A DNA stretch of 64,000 bases, from contig NC_047025.1 of assembly GCF_902652985.1 (NCBI RefSeq), positions 12,090,001-12,154,000 on the forward strand, written 5' to 3'. Numbering within the stretch: the first letter of the stretch is position 1; each line of letters starts with the position of its first letter. Both the position numbers and the translations under genes were made by a program. The notes under the pieces are model-generated. The model saw nothing but the letters and a program-made list of their open reading frames with translations. It did not search any database and had not been told where the DNA came from. This document shows, in pieces, positions 42,918 through 53,995 of the stretch. Origin of the DNA: Pecten maximus. Its lineage: Eukaryota.

Positions 42918-43440
42918 ATTGACACGTTTATAACTTCCTAAATAACTTTCTCGCGACCATTGCAATAATGTACATGTATTATTGATACGTTTATGTAATC
43001 TCTCCAATGACTTTCTAGCAATCTTTTCAATAGTACATACATATGTATATAATATTTATACGTTCATAATTAAATAAATTGACTCGATTATATATATATT
43101 TTTTATATGAATTTCTCGCAACCATTTCAATGGTACATGTATATAATATTAACACGTTTATTTTTCTGAAATGAATTTCTCGCAATCATTTCAATAGTAT
43201 ATGTATTATATTGACACGTTTAAATTTACTCGATTGTAATTTTTTTTTTTTTATGAATTTCTGGCAATCATATCAATAGTATAAGTTTATAAAATTGAAG
43301 CGTGTACAATCTCTAAAATGAATTGACACGTTTAAATTTCTGAAATGACTTTCTCGCAATCATTTCAATAGTATATTATGTACATGTATATCATATTGAC
43401 ACGTTTATAATATTTCAAAATACTTTCTCGCAATCATTTC
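42918..43440 (+). repeat. Degenerate ~60-65-bp tandem monomers in the LINE leader
   Basis: Repeated ATTGACACGTTTA...ATGAATTTCTCGCAATCATTTCAATAGTA, about 7-8 copies. Confidence 0.7.
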
Positions 43441-43903
43441 TATGATGTATATAGATAGATAATTATTTATCAAATGGCCTATTTTGTAATCATATATTGC
43501 AAACTTATTATTATCGTTATTACAAATTAGTAATGCATTTGTCAACGTAAATGCGACCATGCATGCAGAATTATTTACTTACTGTAGAATGTACATACTG
43601 TCTGTAATCTATGTCACGTTTAAATTAATTTTCAAATTTGTCATCTATGTACAGGTTGTCTTATTTATCTAGAATCACAGAAGGTTATGTTTCTGACCAC
43701 AGTTACCCCTCGGTCAGTTATATATACATCCTATAGCATGATGCACCATGCAGATTCATGTATACTTTTGTATATTTGGTGTTTGTATCTTCATATTTTG
43801 TTCCTTTTCTTCCGCTGGATTCATGTACACTTAGTTAATGCAATATCTTCCGTAGGTCACCCTGATACATGTATACCCATACCAAATCATTTGATCTTTG
43901 ATA

Positions 43904-46900
43904 ATGGGTAATGATTTTATGGGTCACAGGGTGGCAATCGGAAATTTTTATGCCAAAGCATACAGATATATGATTTTTCGATTACGTTCTGTTTTCTTCC
44001 ATTTTAAAATATTTGTCTTTTTTACTAACGTCTTAAAAAGCACTATAGCTGTATGTGTAAATTTGTTAAAAAATTATCGTAAAACATATATGAGCAATAA
44101 CTATTTTTTGCTTATTTTGATATTACTATTATTACAGCATATGGATATTGAGTCAAATCCAGGGCCTGTAGAAGGTGAACTTTCTGTTTTTCATTTAAAT
44201 ATTAGAAGTGTGAGAAACAAACTTGAATATATTGAAAATATAGCAGGTGAATATGACGTAATATGTCTTACTGAAACTCATCTTGATGTTGAAGTCCCAG
44301 GCAGCGAGTTATTACTGGATGGCTTCCACCACCCTTTTAGACTTGATAGAAATTTTGCGGGAGGGGGGATTTTAGTATATGTAAACGAGGTTTTGAAAGT
44401 TAGCAGGATAGTTGATCTAGAACGTCCCGACACTGAAATATTATGGCTCCAAATTTATCTTCCCGAAAAAAGCATACTCATTGGGACTGTGTACCGTTCT
44501 TCCTTTCATACAAATCAATTCTGGGAAAATCTTCAGGCTTCAATAAGTGATGCGGTGGAAATATCCAATAATGTCATACTGCTTGGAGACCTCAATGTTG
44601 ACATGCTTACTATGTCACAGAATCATGTTTTATCTGATATAATAAATTCGTTTAATTTTATAAATGTCATAAATGAACCTACTCGTATAAGTCCCACGAG
44701 GTCAAGTTTACTCGATCCAATTTTGGTATCAGAATCAATTTCATACACTTATTCCTCTGTAGTATCCACTGAAAATGTAGTTACTGACCACCAAGGTTGT
44801 GTTGTATATATTTTTGTTCCGTCATTTCAGAAACTAACATATAAACGTAAAATTTGGTTATATAAAAGAGGCGACTATGTACTTTTTAATCGTCTTGTTG
44901 AAGAATATGATTGGGATACTCTTTTCGCTACATGCAACTCTGTCAATTCGGCCAGTGAACGTTTTACTGAAATTTTTCTTGATTTTGCTCGTAGATCGAT
45001 ACCACATAAGGAAATTACTGTAAGACCAAACGATAAGCCCTGGATGTCTTCAGACCTTAGAAAAAATATGAGAGCTCGTGATAGATTTCGGAAAATAGCC
45101 AAACGTACCAATCATCCACGGGACATAGCTAAATTCAAAAATCAGCGAAATAAAGTGAATAATATGAAAAAGTATGCACGACAGTCTTTTTATGAAAATG
45201 TTGGAAATCTTATTGAGTTTTATCATTCGTCTGATCCTAAAAACTATTGGCGACTTGTCAAAAGATTGATGGGGAATTCTGAGACATCACGTCCTATCCC
45301 TACTTTAGTTGATCCAATTTCGGAACGTTTATTAGTCGATGATAAGGCCAAATGTAATGCATTGAACGACTATTTTTGCAGTATCACTAGCATAGATGAC
45401 AACAATAACGATGTTCCTTTGTTAGAACCTAAAACAGAAAGTTCTTTTGAGTTACCTGTAATAAGTCAAAATGACATATCTGATGTTTTGATGAATTTAA
45501 AACTTGGTAAAGCTTCTGGCTCTGATGAAATTAGCCACCACATGTTGAAGTATACTGCTAAAACTGTATGTAGACCACTTGAATTGCTTTTTAATTTGTC
45601 GATATCAACTGGTATTTATCCCGATACTTGGAAATTTGCTAAAGTGATACCTCTTTTTAAGAAGGGTGATAGGCATTCTCCTTCTAATTATAGACCTATA
45701 TCACTTTTGTCCTCTGTTGGTAAAACATTTGAAAGAGTTATCTTCAAGTATTTACATAATTATTTTCTTGAAAATTCACTTTTCTATCAGTATCAATCAG
45801 GATTTATGCCGGGTCACTCGACCGTATATCAATTAATTGATTTATATCATAACATTTGCCTTGATCTAGAAGAAAAAAAACATTCTTGTTTAGTTTTCTG
45901 TGATATTTCTAAAGCGTTTGACAGGGTTTGGCATAAAGGTTTATTAGTAAAACTAAAGTCATACGGGATATGCGGAAATTTTCTATCATGGATTGAAAAC
46001 TACTTAACCAACAGACGACAAAAAGTTTTTATAAATAATTGTTATTCGGATTTTGGTTTGATACATGCTGGCGTCCCTCAAGGTTCCATTCTTGGGCCTC
46101 TATTTTTCTTAATATTTATCAATGATATCTCAGAAATTCTTCAATCTACTGCACGTCTTTTCGCTGACGACACCTCTTTGAAAGTCTCTTCATCTTCATG
46201 TCTAGAAATACAAACAGTTTTAAATAGAGACCTGGATGCTTTAAACAGATGGGCAAGTACTTGGCTAGTTACTTTTAATCCAAATAAGACGGAAGTTATT
46301 TTTATTTCTAATTCGGATAACGTTGATGAAGATCTGGAACTGATTTTTGATGGCCATTTTTTAAATTTTAGTAGTAAGCATAGACATCTTGGAGTTACAT
46401 TAAATTCAGATGCTAAATGGGTAGATCATATAAATGAAATTTATAAGTCGGCTATGGGAAAAGTAAATATATTGCGAAAACTTAAATATACATTAAAGCG
46501 TGATGCTCTTTTACGAATTTATAAAACTTATATTTTACCAGTTTTAGAATATGCGTGTGAAGTTTGGGATGGGTGCACTTCAAGTGATTCAGAAAAGTTA
46601 GAGAAGGTTCAGCGGGAGGCAGCTAGGATAATAACAGGGTTACCATTATTTGCTAGAAACGAGTCATTGTATTCAGAAACAGGTCTAGAATTACTTTCAG
46701 TTAGAAGGAAAAGACGGAAATTACAATTAGTTTACAAAATGGATAGACATCAAACTCCAAACTACATTACAAATTTACTTCCCTCTACAGTCGGTGAAAA
46801 CAGACAGGTTCTAAGAAATAATGAAAAATATAGAATCCCAAATTTCAGACTGTCTATTACAAACCAATCTTTTCTACCTTCCTCTTTGACGATGTGGAAC

Positions 46901-47317
46901 TCTATACATTCTGATATTAGATCCATGCCTTTTTCTGCTTTCAAGTCAGCTTTAGCCCCTAACTTACCATGCTCAGTACCCCCTTATTACTTAATTGGTG
47001 ATAGAAAACTTAATATTATTCACACTAAATTAAGACATGAATGCAGTTCCCTTAATCATGATCTTTACCGTTCAAATCTGGTCCAAAACTCAAATTGTGT
47101 AAATTGTGGCTATTATTGTGAGAATGCCTATCACTTCTTCTTTGAATGTCAATCTTACACAAATGCTCGAGTTGTGCTTTTAAATCATTTAAGTGATTTA
47201 GATATAAATATATCTTTAAGATTATTACTTTTTGGAAATGAAAATATGTCTTTGGATTTAAATTGTGTTGTATTTAACAAAGTACAAAATTTTATAAAAT
47301 CCAGCGGAAGATTTTAA
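43904..47317 (+). CDS. LINE ORF2-like polyprotein: 2A-like peptide, APE endonuclease, reverse transcriptase, C-terminal CCHC-like motif
   Basis: First ATG at 43904 (the track start at 43898 is TTG). DIESNPGP; APE motifs HLNIRS, LTETHL, GDLNVD, LLDPI, TDH; RT motifs NYRPISLL, DISKAFDRVWH, GVPQGSILGP, FADDT; CVNCG...HFFFEC. Uninterrupted. Confidence 0.95.
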   Translation: MGNDFMGHRVAIGNFYAKAYRYMIFRLRSVFFHFKIFVFFTNVLKSTIAVCVNLLKNYRKTYMSNNYFLLILILLLLQHMDIESNPGPVEGELSVFHLNIRSVRNKLEYIENIAGEYDVICLTETHLDVEVPGSELLLDGFHHPFRLDRNFAGGGILVYVNEVLKVSRIVDLERPDTEILWLQIYLPEKSILIGTVYRSSFHTNQFWENLQASISDAVEISNNVILLGDLNVDMLTMSQNHVLSDIINSFNFINVINEPTRISPTRSSLLDPILVSESISYTYSSVVSTENVVTDHQGCVVYIFVPSFQKLTYKRKIWLYKRGDYVLFNRLVEEYDWDTLFATCNSVNSASERFTEIFLDFARRSIPHKEITVRPNDKPWMSSDLRKNMRARDRFRKIAKRTNHPRDIAKFKNQRNKVNNMKKYARQSFYENVGNLIEFYHSSDPKNYWRLVKRLMGNSETSRPIPTLVDPISERLLVDDKAKCNALNDYFCSITSIDDNNNDVPLLEPKTESSFELPVISQNDISDVLMNLKLGKASGSDEISHHMLKYTAKTVCRPLELLFNLSISTGIYPDTWKFAKVIPLFKKGDRHSPSNYRPISLLSSVGKTFERVIFKYLHNYFLENSLFYQYQSGFMPGHSTVYQLIDLYHNICLDLEEKKHSCLVFCDISKAFDRVWHKGLLVKLKSYGICGNFLSWIENYLTNRRQKVFINNCYSDFGLIHAGVPQGSILGPLFFLIFINDISEILQSTARLFADDTSLKVSSSSCLEIQTVLNRDLDALNRWASTWLVTFNPNKTEVIFISNSDNVDEDLELIFDGHFLNFSSKHRHLGVTLNSDAKWVDHINEIYKSAMGKVNILRKLKYTLKRDALLRIYKTYILPVLEYACEVWDGCTSSDSEKLEKVQREAARIITGLPLFARNESLYSETGLELLSVRRKRRKLQLVYKMDRHQTPNYITNLLPSTVGENRQVLRNNEKYRIPNFRLSITNQSFLPSSLTMWNSIHSDIRSMPFSAFKSALAPNLPCSVPPYYLIGDRKLNIIHTKLRHECSSLNHDLYRSNLVQNSNCVNCGYYCENAYHFFFECQSYTNARVVLLNHLSDLDINISLRLLLFGNENMSLDLNCVVFNKVQNFIKSSGRF

Positions 47318-50300
47318 CAAGTTTTTAACAATATTTAACATGTTTGAAAATTTTATTGACTTTGTTATATTATTTTGTGTGAGTGCCTAATGTTATGTAG
47401 GCCTATATCTCTTTCGTACTGCAGTTGATCAGTCTGTAATATCATCTGTTGTCTATGTAACTATTGTAAGGAAATGGCTTCATAAGTTGTAATAACTTGT
47501 GCCAAATCCTATTTGCAAATATGTGTAAATAAAATATGTTTAAAGTCATACGATTGTGACATAGTTGGCGATAGTTGTATAAAATTGTTATCTGCTCAAC
47601 TCCCATGGGCAGCTGCTAGTGCGGAATGTGCTTCCGAAGGCGCAACACTCCTCAACATCGATAGCAACAGTGAGCAACTGGCCATTCAACAGTTCATGGC
47701 AGACCAAGGTAATGGGAAGATTTTTGCAATGTAGAAGTAATTTTCATGATCGGGATCACTTAACGATGCATGTTACTGGACATTAATGCACATGATGCAA
47801 ATTATCAAATGGATATCAATGGTGTTGTTTCTGTGTAATTACTTTATGACGTTGTGTCGTTATGAATAGGATGTTGTGCAGACTTAAAGACAGTACAATT
47901 TCACATTTATTGATAGTATCGTTACAAAAAAGCAAAACATTATGTGTCGACTTCTCGAAAAGTGCTTGGCCGAAAAGATTTTTTTTTGTTTTTTGTTTTT
48001 TGTTTTTTTATTTATTTATCTTATATAAAACAGAACGTTATGCTTTTCCCTCTTTTGTTTGCCATAAAAACGTCAAAGGAAAGATTTTTTATTTGTCTGT
48101 TGTACATAACCGTCGACATATTGACAACTTATTTTTAAAGAGGAAGTACCTTTCGTTTGGCTTATCGTTAAGGCATTCAATTAAGTATTAATGTGTCAGT
48201 TTTTCGAAGTTTATCTTCATTTTACCGATTAAACGTCTTCGCAAGACGAGGCGAGAAAAATCGATTTTCAAGAAAAATCGACAGAAAAAAAGCACAGAAA
48301 GAAAGGGATTACAGAGTAGGCAGGAAAGGAGGAAAATAAGTTTATGTTCAGCCAGTGAAGTAGATGTCGTGTTATTGTGTCAATGGTGTAAATAACTACA
48401 AGGGTCTTGTGTCACGTTGCTGAATTCTTTCGTCATATAGACTACATATTTTATTTTACTCAGGGCTTGATAATATCTGGATGGGAATCAATGACGTCAC
48501 TAGCGAGGGCGACTGGAGAACCGAGGATGGAACAAATCCAGTAGGTTACAACAATTTTAACGGTGGCCAACCTGATAACTACAACGGTAATCAAGACTGC
48601 GCAGTTGTGAGACAGTCTTTTGGATATCGTTGGGATGACGAGGAGTGTATACTTCCGGTCTATACCGTGTGTGAAATGAAAAGTGTTGGTTTTTCGTAAG
48701 TTAAGCAACTTAATTGTGCGAAAAGAAGTTTGTCAGCTTATGAAGTAGAGTAATGCATCACCTTTATACGACTTAATCAATGTCGCATGAAAAAGTGAAA
48801 CATCTTTGATTAGTAAACACAAGTTCTAACCGTTCATATTTCAGACAAATAGTTCTACGGATATAAAAGGTATGACGCGTTATATTTAATCTTGTACAGT
48901 GTCATATATGTGAAATAAAATGGTACGTTAAACATCTTCGATATGTATTAATTTGTTCGGTCTCTCTTTTCTGACAACATTTGCGTATCCCTTTGTTATG
49001 TAGACGTATGATTAGTACTCAGGCTTTATTATGTTAACATGTAAATTATTATTTTGTTTGGGTTGGTATTCAGTGTAAAATATTACAGAAATGTATTAAC
49101 AAAAGATGTACATACAATTATATTACATTCATGTCTTCCTTTTCAATTAATACAGCATAATGATATCTTCAGAAATAAATCAGACTTTTTTCAACTCATG
49201 AACTGGAAGGATAATTCCTATCAGAGAAATAAATACAATTTACATTTTTCTTCATATACAAATTATGTATATTTGTGGACATTTTCTTGAAAATTGATTC
49301 CTCTATTAACCCGCTCTTTAACTTCAAGAAGACATATGTTTCTGTAATTATGTCCCCTAGGAAAGCATTTCAGATTTGAGAAATATTCCTTCAATATTTT
49401 TTTCCCATTAAGAAGGTACTTCCCAGCTGTCTCGTTTTGATCTTGTGTAACATTTTTTGTAATATTTAACAACTTATAGCCAATCATATTAGCAAACACG
49501 AATCTGAAAAGTGTGTCAAAAATCTGAATGTCTGCTGTTCATAGAACATTTTACAAAAATGTTAATAAACTACTAATTCGGCGGCAATTTTCATCAGTCT
49601 ATGGTCATTTTAAATTGTAGCTAGCTCATGTTACTGTACAATTTTATATTGACCATTATAATGAAAATGATATACAGCAATGTGGAAAGTTATGTATTTT
49701 CGACATTTTTGAAATTTTTGAAGAAACACAAATAATGATTTATAAAAAAGGAATCACACGGACGTCCCATTGTCATGGCTCTTTTAGAACGAATAATTTG
49801 TTTTCATTTTCAGCTGCTCAATTCATTTGAAAGTTTTAAAGTTTAATAGCAGAACGTTTGCTATAAAGCGTTAAATCTGCAAAAATTGTAAAAACGGGGT
49901 ATGTGTATTTGGGCATCTTAAATTGCTATTCTGAGTTAAATGAATAGGTTTAAGAAATTCAACTTCCATGATTTAAAAAAATATATACTATTTTCGTCAG
50001 TTCTGCAAGCATCTATACAACACATATGGAAGATGATATATTGAATTGTCCCAGGAAATGTCAAAACAGCAGAATCTACTTAAAATCACATATTTTGTCA
50101 AATTGGTATCTGTGACCGATCATAGCACAAAAGTGAGCGCATGGACATAATTATGATTCTTCTATGATTCTTCGGCCATGCCATTAACTCCAAAAATGTA
50201 TATAAGAAAAACAAATTTTATAGACGATTTTTTTGCCATCACAGAGCTGTACATCATTATATTCAGTAATTATTTCCTTTGGAAAAAATATGTTTTTCTT

Positions 50301-50695
50301 TCAGTTTATGAACATTGATAAGCCATAGCCCAGACGTTCCTTTACAATATAACATTGAAAATAATAATGTGAAGTTAAATGAATGAAAATTAAAAGAAAA
50401 TTATTAAAGTATGTCTTCCATGATGTTATCGGCTATTTTAACATGTAACAATGACATATAATTTTTGATGAATATGGAATCTAAAGGATGTACACACGGT
50501 AGTAGCGTGCAGCCAGACACAAAACTAGACCCGTCGGCTCGGTTATCGTCCCTGATACTTGAACACTTTGGACGAATGAGGTCGTTGGGATTACAAGCCT
50601 AAGTATATTTTGTTTCATCTGAAGTGGACAGTTAGTAAGATTTATTAATTATAAGAAAAGTGTAGTGGAGTAAGTGAAGAGATGTTCGTGTAATG

Positions 50696-50841
50696 CACAG
50701 GCGCTTGCATAGAAAATGTTATTTTCATTTTTTTTGACAGTGGTATGTGTAATATGTTAAGCTGTACTTAACATATTACACATACCACTGTCATATCAAA
50801 AAAATAAATTGAAAGTCATATTTTCTATGTAAGCGCCTGTG
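50696..50841. mobile_element. 146-bp foldback MITE with 8-bp TSD
   Basis: TIR CACAGGCGCTTGCATAGAAAAT; TSD GTGTAATG at 50688-50695 and 50842-50849. Paralogous empty site with a single GTGTAATG at 28733-28740. Confidence 0.9.
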
Positions 50842-51230
50842 GTGTAATGGGCACTCCTGTACGCCGCGGCTTGCATGTACATTGTCTATGTTTGTTAGTA
50901 TTAAGTCCCACGCTGTTTTCGCGTGGTATTAAGATTCAGTGTAAACCAAGTTGGAAATTGCTGCACACACTATCGGCTCTTAATGTGTCATTCATGTTAG
51001 TCTGTGTTTGTAATATAAATCAATACATTTACTTGGACACCTCTATTATTTCATATGTCGCAAAACTAATGGTTTAAACTTTACCTACAAAAAGACCCTA
51101 ATATTAAAAAGAATACTATTTTCCATGTGAGAATCACGTGAATATTATAAAAATATTCGAATAACTTTTTCCGGTAAACATGACCCCACATCCTCACGCA
51201 TAAGAAAATTCCAACGCCATAACAATCATA

Positions 51231-51873
51231 ATATGAACATACATGTACTGAAGATATAACTTCCGTGAGAAAATGTACATACATGTACTGAAGATGTAAC
51301 ATTCGTGAGAAAATGTACATACATGTACTGAAGATGTAACGTTCGTGAGAAAATGTACATCAATGTTCTGAAGATGTAACCTTCGTGAGAAAATGTACAT
51401 ACATGTACTGAAGATGTAACATTCGTGAGAAAATGTACATAAATGTACTGGAGATGTAACCTTCGTGAGAAAATGAACATCAATGTACTGAAGATGTAAC
51501 CTTCGTGAGAAAATGTAGATAAATGTACTGAATATGTAACCTTCGTGAGAAAATGTACATAAATCTACTGAAGATGTAACCTTCGTGAGAAAATGTACAT
51601 AAATCTACTGAAGATGTAACCTTCGTGAGAAAATGTACATCAATGTACTGAAGATGTAACTTTCGTGAGAAAATGAACATAAATGTACTGAAGATGTAAC
51701 CTTCGTGAGAAAATGTACATACATGTACTGAAGATGTAACCTTCGTGAGAAAATGTACATACATGTACAGAAGATGTAACCTTCGTGAGAAAATGTACAT
51801 AAATGTACAGAAGATGTAACCTTCGTAAGAAAATGTACATAAATGTACAGAAGATGTAACCTTCGTGAGAAAA
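51231..51873. repeat. 40-bp tandem repeat, 16 copies
   Basis: AAATGTACATACATGTACTGAAGATGTAACCTTCGTGAGA. Confidence 0.95.
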
Positions 51874-53740
51874 CCGCCACAGCGATCCTACACATTGACG
51901 GAGTTACTTGCTTCACACCATCAGTGTCAATGTAATGTGCACCAAAAATTTCATCGCGACAACCATCCTACCCGATAACGACGTTACGTATATGTACGTC
52001 CGGCAATTTCATCGTCAGAAAAATTCTACCCTATGCCAAAGTTAACGAGCGCCAGAAAATGTCATCGCGACAACGATCCTACACCTGGACAATGTTAACT
52101 TTGACAATTACTTTTTTATCACAACGTGGACGCTTTACAGTCCCCACTGCGTCCTGTATAATGCGGTGATGAGAAACCTCGTGGAATTAACCTTTAACAA
52201 CCCAGAGCCCATACTGTCACGAGTTGGGGTTTCCAGATCTCGTGACTCTGAGTATACCACAACTATACAGGTAAAAACAATTCGTCACCTCACATTCTTA
52301 AAATACTATATTGTGTTGTATCATTTTCTTGAAGTACTTTTATTCAAAATTAATCTTAATGCTAAAATCATGTTTCCACAGTTAATAGAAATTTGATGAA
52401 ATGATTACAAACCTCTGCTTTCCTTCCCCTTATAATATTAACTTGACTGACTTACTACCGCGTGACAAGCTAACAATGACACACTTGTATGTTATCGCGG
52501 AAGTTGATACACATCATGTACATAGGCAGATACTACATCGCTGTCTGGTTGTTTGTGTAAACTCGGTTAATATTTTCTCTGGATGAAGATAACACAATTC
52601 ATCGTCGCTATAAAACAAAGGTAGGTGAAATCTGGAACGTCGTTTAGCTTTTCCTGAGGCTGTAGTTTTCTATAAATGATCATGTCACTTTGATCTCATT
52701 TAAATTGTTGGTATTCGTATCGTTGCATTAGTTACATATACTAGTCCCAAGTAATACACCCTGTATAATCTCGTTGATATATCCTGTTATTGTTGTAGAT
52801 GATATCTAAAATGAAAATTGACTTTACCGACCACTGACTTTAACGATATCATGTAACATCCGGCCATATCCAGGAGAACGACATGCTCTATTGTCATATC
52901 ACACACTGAATATACCGACACACTGTCAAATCCGACATATTGACTCAGTCCCATACCGTATCGGTAAAGGCAGGTGTCACTGTATTTATATTGCTGTATT
53001 ATAGCATATGCGAGATGATGAATAAAAATATCACATTATTTCGAAATTATTACGGCTATTGACTCATGCAGTTTTGTTATTTCCTTATTTTACTCCCAAA
53101 AGGACTATATTTACATGTAACTACCCTCAATCAAAGGAACAGCATTTTAAGTTTTTTTGTCATTTCGTCCCCCCTTTTCCTCCAAAAAGGCATTTGATCT
53201 TAATCATGATGTAATTACACATAAAACATAATAGTTACCATAGTTCGCAATACAGAAAGACAAATATCTTTATGTTTTTGTTTATGTATATATCATTGGT
53301 CTTTTTAAAAATTGAAGCCTAAATTACGAAATGACCGCTTAGAAATGTAAAAAAGGTCAGCTACATCACATCATACAAACCTTCGAATGATAGTCATTAT
53401 TACATAAACTAGTTCAAATGATACATCATTGCACAATTGTGAATACCAAAGCTACAATGATATCATAATAAACATACTATTTTTACATTTATTCATAATG
53501 ACCTGGATGCCATGTTAGATCATGTGTATAATGTAGCACAGAAAACGGTTGTCATTTCTGAACGCCTGGTCCGGTTGAAATGCTAACTTTAATGGCTATT
53601 TTTCTTTGTGAGGAAACCTGTTTTAAGACGTAGTGTGTTATATCTTCTTCTTGAAACGTTGAATTGTTTTCTAATTATGCTCTGTGACTACTGATTTGAT
53701 ATTTATTTTTACTTTTTACCCTACAGGACGTTAATAAACC

Positions 53741-53995
53741 ATGGGCAAAGGTGAAGGTCAGGGAGAAGGGAAAGGTCAAGGTGGAGCTGGACTCCTGAAT
53801 TCCATCTTGTGGTTCTTCATTCTTATTTTGCTCGCTTGGCCAATCGCATTCTTTGTTGCTTGGTTGTATGTACTACTACTTCCTTTCGGAGCTTGCATCA
53901 AAGTTTGTCACGAGGCTTGTGATTCGCTACTGAAAATTGTCAGGTTGCCTTTTACATGCGCAGAAAATATGATTCACCAGAATTCAGTATGTTAG
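53741..53995 (+). CDS. Uncharacterised 84-aa small membrane protein
   Basis: Strong acceptor (pyrimidine tract + CAG at 53726) and Kozak-like AAACCATGG. Gly-rich N-terminus, long hydrophobic segment ILWFFILILLAWPIAFFVAWLYVLLLPF and Cys-rich tail. Candidate non-coding upstream exon ends at the donor AG|GTAGGT at 52620. Confidence 0.75.
   Translation: MGKGEGQGEGKGQGGAGLLNSILWFFILILLAWPIAFFVAWLYVLLLPFGACIKVCHEACDSLLKIVRLPFTCAENMIHQNSVC

Larger units (their letters stand above)
41777..47547 (+). mobile_element. Young CR1-type LINE insertion (5771 bp) with intact APE-RT ORF
   Basis: Perfect 11-bp TSD ATACGATTGTG at 41766-41776 and 47548-47558. 3' UTR hairpin at 47469-47510 and AATAAA at 47528. 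Confidence 0.92.
39508..48699 (+). pseudogene. PAN/Apple + C-type lectin copy C, exon 3 disrupted by a LINE insertion
   Basis: Exons 39508-39544, 41246-41485, split exon 3 (41744-41776 + 47559-47708 = 183 nt, as in A and B) and 48464-48699. No other lesions; splice sites intact. Confidence 0.88.

Noticed and set aside
47544-47547. AG immediately before the right TSD as a rescuing splice acceptor
   Set aside because: Joining phase-1 exon 2 here is out of frame and reaches TGA within five codons.
49400-50345. Additional TIR element downstream of lectin C
   Set aside because: One end looks TIR-like (AGCCCAGACGTTCCTTTA), but I could not find a convincing partner or TSD.
51081-51916. Minus-strand ORFs in the 40-bp repeat
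   Set aside because: The unit is not a multiple of 3 and the same peptides cycle through all frames; artefact.
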